Shown piece by piece: positions 49,101-64,000 of a DNA stretch of 64,000 nucleotides (its first letter is position 1; each line of letters starts with the position of its first letter). Position numbers and translations under genes: made by a program. Source of the stretch: Eutreptiella sp. 'Long Island Sound 2002' (lineage: Eukaryota; Protista; Euglenida); contig OZ038378.1 in NCBI GenBank assembly GCA_964036045.1, positions 128,340,001 through 128,404,000 on the forward strand. The letters are read 5' to 3'. The notes beneath the pieces were generated by a model. The model saw only the letters and a list, made by a program, of their open reading frames with translations. It ran no database searches and had not been told where the DNA came from.

Positions 49101-51540
49101 GTGCCCACAACGTGTTCGAGAACAACCGGGTGAAGATCCAGGGGTGGAGGGATGACCTCAAGGAAGCAACCGAGGGGCGGCAAAAGGCCAAAGTGGAGGC
49201 GGTAGGCGTGGAGACATTGCGGAAGCCCCAGGAGGACCTCCAGCAGCGACCGGGGGTGGCCGAGGCGCTGGTGGGCATCCTCACCTCCACTCTCAGTGCA
49301 ACCTTCACTGCTCAGCAGGGGCTTCAGAGTTAGTGCGGCGGCAGCGGCAAGAGTGCGAGTCAATGAATCCTCGTGCTAGTCAAGGGGTTGCCTAACTAGG
49401 TTTGCCGGGGGTATCCGTGATATGGGGCCCAAGTGGACATGTGCCACTTGGGCCTAGTTGGAACCAGGATCCTCCACCTCTCTAATTTTAGGACCACTAG
49501 GGTGGCTGCCGCTACCCTAAGACCTTCCCGCCCACCCTTGGTTGCACAACTTAATCAGTACCGCAATATGCATGCTCCACCATAGTTCACATGCTGTAGC
49601 ATCGAGGTTGTACATCCGCAAGGGAATGACGCCATGGGCCTTCACCCCCGTTCGCGTGATCAGGCGCCCATCGTGCTGATTGTGTGTGATGGATTTTTCA
49701 GGGGAGAAGACTTTCGGGTGGAGAGTGGTGGCCTGTTGAATCCCTCCCTCACGGTCCAACAGCCGCACACCCGTGTGCACAAGGGTTTAAAGGTTGTGGG
49801 TTGGGCATGCAAGGGCACACCACAAGAATTCGTGTTGTTCAATACACGGGTAGTACGTGCTCCTTTGCCATGGGAGGGTGAGGGATGCGGTGTTTTCTCC
49901 TACCATGTAGGTGCGTTGCCTCATTGCACGCCTACGTGGTAGGAGCAGGTCGTTGACCTCGCTTCAAGGTTGCCTAGTGTGCACTAACCCCTCCAATTAG
50001 TGCGCACTAACTCGTGCTCGAACTAGTTATCTTGGCAGTTATCGCGCTTTCACTACCCGCTCTCACTAGATCTCGGGGGGGGGGGGGGTTATCGCGCTCC
50101 AACACGGTTGTCTTGGAGGTTACCGTCGGGGTTATCATACTATGACTAGTTAGAGTACGAGTTATCGTGTCGGTTATCACGTGTGTTTTTTGGGCACCCG
50201 CATGAAATTGATCCCAGAATTGCCATGCAGAGTATCTTATTCTTCATGAACACTTGTGTTCATGACGGCTGAGGGCCGTAAAATCAGTTAACCTATGGTG
50301 CTACATAGAGTTGCAATTTCCCAAGGCCCGGCGGCAGCGGTTGAAGGCGGTTAAGAGGTTGGTTCGAGTTCTTTTGGGTGATCCCAATATCACGCGTATC
50401 ACCAACACCAAGGGAGTAGTTTGTTTAAGAGGCGGATTTTGCATTGCCCTCTCTGCCCCACTTGGTGGCCATCTTGCACTCACAACTCTAGAGGATGAGG
50501 CCTTGAGCATGCTACGCATGGCATACAACAAGCATTTTTCCCAAGGGCTGTTTTGCGGATGCGCGGCCGCTGTAGCCAACGGCACCTAAGGACCGTTCAC
50601 GTAAGGATAATGCCCTACTTTCCCCAAGCAACTATTGTAATGTCCAGCACAGCCCGCAATAGGGCAGCTGCCCATGTGCTTTTACAATCTATCGTCAATT
50701 TTTGCACTTTGCATGGCTCGAGTTATTGGGACCCCCCCCCTCCCGCGGCGTTGCCCTTGTGGTAATTTCTGTGGATGCAACCTCCTTTTGCAGGCATCCT
50801 CGACCCGTCGGGATATATGGGTCCATGTGTGGGGGGGGGGGGGGGCACAATATGCATCCAAAGTTGTGGTATGGTCCTCGTGGTTTTGCATGGAGGGGGG
50901 GGATGCAAAATTTTTTAAGACGCCTTGGTGTCTCCGCTAACCTAAAACAAGAGGTGAAGGATGTGGAGGAGGCAATCCTACAATTTCAAAATCAATTTTT
51001 GACTTGTATTGTTATTCCAACTAGGGATGGGAAAGGGATGCAAGCAATGGGTGGGGCGGGCTCTAAGTGTTGGCTGTGCAGAGACCCCCATGGTATTGTG
51101 GAGCAAAAGGAGCTGGAGTCCACCTCGAGGTAGGGGGCATTTTTGAGAAGCATCACCCCAAATAGGCGGCTTGGTGACTACCAACATCCTGCATCTCGAG
51201 TCCTAATTGGCATTGCAAAACACACTTAGGCCACCCTTCAAGCTTTACACCCGGGAACCCCCTGGTTAAGCCCACGCTATTGCAACTTTGCAAGCGTTCA
51301 AAAAGCACTCAAGGATGAGACCTCAAGTATTCCTATGAGGGATTGTCTCTCCTGGGCCTCAAGGGCCCGGGAAAAGTACTTTGATCTTACGAGCACCAAA
51401 ATGATGCTCTTCCCCCCCCCCTTCGAAAGGCAATTTGTGGATTTCCTCAAAGAGCATGTCCCCTCAGTAACGACCCGTGCTGGACATCCATTATGCTTGA
51501 GAGAACCCCCCCGCACGCCCAATTCCCTAATAAGGTGAAG
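46140..51540 (+). mobile_element. Modular DNA-transposon-like element, copy B
   Basis: Collinear with minus copies 20190->16550 and 4070->1500; four palindromic spacers (46330-46500, 47558-47774, 47994-48199, 49977-50232). Confidence 0.72.
50240..51540 (+). pseudogene. RAG1/Transib-like DDE transposase remnant
   Basis: VALVVISVDAT ... TRDGKGMQAMGGAGSKCWLC ... RRLGDYQHPASRVL. Confidence 0.5.
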
Positions 51541-51544
51541 AACA

Positions 51545-53270
51545 CGTAAGTACGGCCTAAAACATGCTTTACATACCTTGGATGGTCATTTTAGGATGAT
51601 TCGGATATCACAGTATCAAGGAAACAGGGTTTCGAAAACTTCGATTTTTTGAGCCTTCCAACTATACGTTGTGCACCGGTCCATTAACTCATGTAACCCA
51701 TTATTGGTGCAAAAACTAATTTCCTGTGTTTGGCATGGATTTTGGGCGCCCTTCGGCAAGATTACCGACTGCAAAAAATGTCCTTTCGTATCCCAGTGGG
51801 CATATACTTTCGCCACATCCGTAGTCACACCCCTCCGAGTGGGAACCTAGGGGTCGCCGAGCTTGCCAAAACTGCCAACATAGCAAAAATGACTGAAAAG
51901 TTGCACACACTGCATAAGCGCTCGTCCCACACCATTGGGGGCGGGGGGGGTCGCAAAAATGTCGAACCCCCCCCCCTTTTGGGGTTCAAAAGCCATGATT
52001 TTTTTGGGTTTCTTTGTTTTGAGCCGAAAAAAGTGTTGCCCGGTCCCGACTCCATGGGGGTTGTATGCGGCGGACCCCCTCATCCCCCCCATTTCCTCAA
52101 AGGCTCAAAAAATAGGGTTTCACGTGGTGGTGGGTCTAGGGGGTCCGAACCAAAAAAATTCTTCGGAGATGCGTTTATTGGACAAAGTAATGATTTTACA
52201 AGGGGTTAAATTAACAACTCAAACCCTTTGAGTAGGGTACACGAATAGGCCCAAAAAAGCCCACAATGGGCAAGTGTGTTGCGTTTTCCCCTATAAACGG
52301 GCTTGTGTGGCTTTGATCTAAATGTGGTTGTGTATGGTTGTGATTCTATTGCCGTGGGCAAGGCGACCTCATAGAGATTTTGCCCCAAGCAACACACACC
52401 CTGTGCTGGTGCACGTGTGCACAAGTGGCGATCACCACAAAAAGTGAAGGAAGAAAGAGGCTTGCCAGTGGCCTAAATGACCATAAGTACCCTTCTGTCT
52501 TAGACAATCAAACGCAAAGACAACCTGTGGATCGGACACCGACAAGTTAGCAGCAGCCTTGCAACAATATGCTATTTGCAGCCCTCGCTAATCTTGGATT
52601 AGTGGATCTGCCATTAACGCCATTGAATTCACATATGTAGAGATATGACTAGAAATCCTGAGATCCCCTCCCCCCTTGGGGGAAGCCCCACAGGAATGGA
52701 TTGTTAAATATCTTTTCATGACGAATTTGCCAATAATGCAAGAAAATTGTAGCACCAATCGGTGCATGTCGGGGTATAGGGTCCTAAATGCGACACGTGC
52801 CAGGAGCCATTGGATAGACTTGACCATGTTGCATTTTTTCGGAGCGAGATGCGCAAAAGGTATAAGATGGTGTCACAAGTGGCCGGTATGGTATATAGAA
52901 TATGCACCGCGCATGCTTTGGTGCCGTCGACGTCCTAAGGTGTACGGCTTACAATGCGGAGCACGGCGGAGTGCACATGTGCACAACGGGTGATGAGGGT
53001 AATCAGAAAGCAATGCAATTTGGCACCAAGCTGTGATGCTCACGAGAACTCCTATCCACGACTAGAGTAAACGTTGTACATTCAGAACGGCGCTGATTGT
53101 AATGCTGGCAATGTGTTTTTACTCTTCGACGTACGGGCTTTGAATAGTCACACAGTATTTGAGGCCCCATGTCGTGTTTTAAGCCAGATGGTTGCGTGTA
53201 CATGAGCAGGGGGGGGGGTGTTGGGGAGGTGCACGGTAATTCCCATGGCTGTGACGCTCTGCGTCAAGCA
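51545..53270 (-). repeat. Inverted satellite block (B, A, linker, 850-bp module)
   Basis: Reverse complements of unit B (51545-51700), unit A (51700-52330), the linker (52330-52400) and the module (52400-53270). Confidence 0.85.
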
Positions 53271-53599
53271 TGCCCATGGGATGCGGTGTTCCAGGGCATC
53301 GTGTGGCACCCCTAGTTCGAGCAAATTTCCTAGAACATTCGCCTAACCCTATATCCGGTTTCAACCACCTGCAAAAAATGGATTTGGCACCCTCAGAAAA
53401 AGCCCATCCTATCTTGTTCCCCAAGGTCCCGTCATCGTAGGGGTGGTTTCTTGCGGGGGAGGGAGGACAAGGTGCACTTTTGAGTTAGAACAGAGTTGGA
53501 GCACATTGCACCACCTAGTTAGAGCAGAGATAGAGCACGAGTTGTCGCGCGATGACTCAATGACGGCGTAGTTATCGCACGTAGGTATCACACAGCCCA

Positions 53600-54100
53600 C
53601 CCCAACTCCACAATGGAATAAACAGGGCAAAACACTTGGCACAAAGGATTGCTTGTCTTTCTACACACGTACTCATGAATATTCAAGGCCTTCACCGCCT
53701 GAAGTCTCAAAAGCACTTGTTCAAGGGCCGTCATACTCATGCAATGGTGCAATTGTTGCACCGACAAACTCGCTCTCTCCAAGGATCAACCCGTGAAGCA
53801 ATTTTTGAGCCTTCTCTTGTAAGGCCCATATTTGTAATTTGTTGGGATGGAGGAAAATTGATAAATGTTTCTCCACCTCTCCACAAATGAAGTAGATTGT
53901 GCCAAGAACCACCGAATCCACCTGGTGGCGGAGCAACTTGAGTCTCCCCAAGCTTTGGAAAACTTTGTGATCAACGCATGATGGCGTTCCACTTGGGCTA
54001 AACTGTAAAAATCCCTCAACCTCCAATGTTCATACAAACCCTCAATCCCTTTACCATGAGATGCACAACAACCCCACCTCCCCCCGCACCCAATACCCAA
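53600..54100 (-). pseudogene. KDZ (Kyakuja-Dileera-Zisupton)-like transposase core remnant
   Basis: GCCASHG...RDFYSL...GDSSC...FVERWRN...EQ order resembles the KDZ CxHG..E..RD / YD.AC / VDRFH / EQ motifs. A family spacer follows at 53490-53600. Confidence 0.4.
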
Positions 54101-54109
54101 AATGGAGGA

Positions 54110-54560
54110 AAACCTCGTAAAAAACGGCCTAAACCATGCTTTACTTACCTTGGATAGTCATTTTAGGTGATCATACCATCAAAAAAACTAGTTCCGAAAA
54201 CTTCGATTTTTGAGTTGCCCAGGGTGAAAAGCTCCATAAGCAGGTTGTGTACCAATCCATGTGGGTGGTGGAGTAAATTGGGGTTCGTACACCACTTGCC
54301 TATGCAGGTTTTCACCCTGGGCAGCTCAAAATTAAAATTTTCGAAACTGATTTTAAATCCCCCAAAATGACCATCCAACATATGTAATGCATGTTTTAGG
54401 CCATATTTAGGTATTTTTCACCCTAATCGGATATTGGGGTTAGGGGGGGGAGCCGGCAAATGCGATTGGTACACCACTTGGTTGGTCACTTTTTCAAGTT
54501 GTACAACGCAAAAGGCGAATTTTCCGAAACTTATTTTTTTTTCCGATATCGGGATCAGGT
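54110..54560 (-). repeat. ~190-bp unit B, inverted, ~2.4 copies
   Basis: GCAGGTTGTGTACC and GGATAGTCATTTTAGGTGATCA are reverse complements of unit B motifs. Confidence 0.85.
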
Positions 54561-54588
54561 AAACTCTATATTCGCAGTTCTATAGGAA

Positions 54589-55936
54589 TATTACTACACC
54601 CCGCTCCCCTTACATCTAGCTTACAAGCAACAAGCAACAAGCAAGCAGGCAACAAGCACTTCTCCTTTCTGTTTTGGCCATTGCTCGGCCACATCGCTCC
54701 GGGCTCTACTCTATTCTAGCCATCCTAGAGCCTCGGTGGTGCCCTTGCCACATCCAAGTTTTGAGCCCCAAACTCACCGGTGGCACCGCGTTGCGGGGGC
54801 GCCAAGTTGGGAGCTGCGCTCCCAAAATTGCGCATTTTTTGCCGCAAAACCCCCTTTTTTGGCGCAAAACGGCCCCGAATCCCAATCGAAACGGCCAAAC
54901 AAAGGCAAACGGTTCAAACATCCCACGTGCGCCTCGATCACCCTGTGACCAAGACCCCTTTCTTGCCCTCTAGCTCCACAATATGTCCGACAAATGGCCC
55001 AAAAATGACTAAAAATAGCCTAAATGCGCGCCATTTGTGTCAAACGGGCCCAAAACCAAGAAAGGGCCGTATCTTGGCCAACGTGGCTCAAAACCAAATT
55101 CCGAGGACACCTAGTCCACCCGCAGCCCCCCACTTTTTGTAGTTTCCAATCCTTAGATTCGCCCCAAAACAGCCTTTTTTGGCCCAAAACGGCCCCGAAA
55201 CCCAGTCAAAACGGCCAAACAAAGGCAAACGGTTCGAACACCCCACGTGCGCCTCGGTGACCCTGTGACCAACGACCCTTTCTTGCCCTCTAGCTCCACA
55301 ATATGTCCGACGAACACCAAAAATGACTCAAAATAGCCTAAATGCGCGCCATTTGTGTCAGACGGGCCCAAAACCAAGAAAGGGCCATATCTTGGCCTAC
55401 GTGGCTCAAAACCAAATTCCGAGGACACCTAATCCACCCGCAGCCCCCCACTTTTTGGTAGTTTCCAATCCTTAGATTCGCCCAACGAGACGCCTAGACC
55501 CCCGCACCACTGGTCACTTGGTTCAGCGCGGCCCGCGCACGGTGGGGACCAATGGTGGGTCCACCACGGTCCCCGGGGCGAAAAAAATCGTTCTTTCCAA
55601 AGTTGTTCCCACAGCACTTGGGATGCTCAAACAAGTGTTTTGAGCCTATTTTGAGCCCGTGGTGACGCCTTTTGGGAAATCTCAAAATGCCTTGAAAATG
55701 GGTCGGTTTGGGACCAAAAATGGGTCAATGATGGGTCAAAAACGCATTTTTCCAAAGGTGACCCTGGACCATTACCGGGGCACAAACAAATGCTTTGAGC
55801 CCATTTTGAGCCCGGTTTGATCGAGTTTAGCCCTTTGCGCCACGTGTATGCGCCAAGGTGTACCCTTGGCACGTACCTTAGAGCCGTATGGTGGAGCCGC
55901 CTAGAGTTTGGGAGAGGGGTGTACATTAGAGGTGTA
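54589..55936 (+). mobile_element. Non-autonomous element with subterminal inverted repeats, copy 1 (internal ~320-bp duplication)
   Basis: 5' TACACCCCGCTCCCC (54595) vs 3' GGGAGAGGGGTGTA (55910-55923). Segment ~54850-55170 is duplicated at ~55170-55490. Confidence 0.65.

Positions 55937-64000
<8,064 letters not shown>

Noticed and set aside
54589-54610. CACTA/EnSpm terminus (TACTACA)
   Set aside because: The opposite end lacks TAGTG and there is no 3-bp TSD.

Overview
Repeat-saturated, GC-rich eukaryotic DNA with no intact cellular gene. Long poly-G runs, GTGNG-type donor-like and pyrimidine+AG acceptor-like motifs, and the retroelement types suggest a protist, possibly euglenozoan; this is an inference only. 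Contents: (1) five non-LTR retrotransposon (LINE) copies or fragments with RT, CCHC finger and RNase H. One at the right edge is nearly intact, with an internal RNase H-like domain and a ~490-aa unexplained C-terminal extension. (2) Decayed tyrosine-recombinase (DIRS/VIPER-like) retroelement pieces at 10.3-15.8 kb. (3) A multi-module DNA-transposon-like element in collinear copies (minus 21.6->16.0 kb plus 4.1->1.5 kb; plus 46.1->51.5 kb; extra piece 53.3-54.1 kb). It carries SWIM/CxC/KDZ-like and RAG1/Transib-like motifs, separated by a family of palindromic TAACTAGTTA/GTTATCGCG spacers ending in splice-acceptor-like sequences. (4) Five tRNA-derived segments, two linked to a shared LINE 3' tail (SINE-like). 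(5) Arrays of a 72-bp hairpin repeat in inverted pairs at 22-29.7 kb. (6) A higher-order ~650 + ~190 bp satellite at 35.5-46 kb, inverted at 51.5-54.6 kb. (7) A tandem 1.2-1.3 kb element with subterminal inverted repeats, followed by (TA)n. All domain calls are by-eye motif recognition and coordinates of decayed pieces are approximate.
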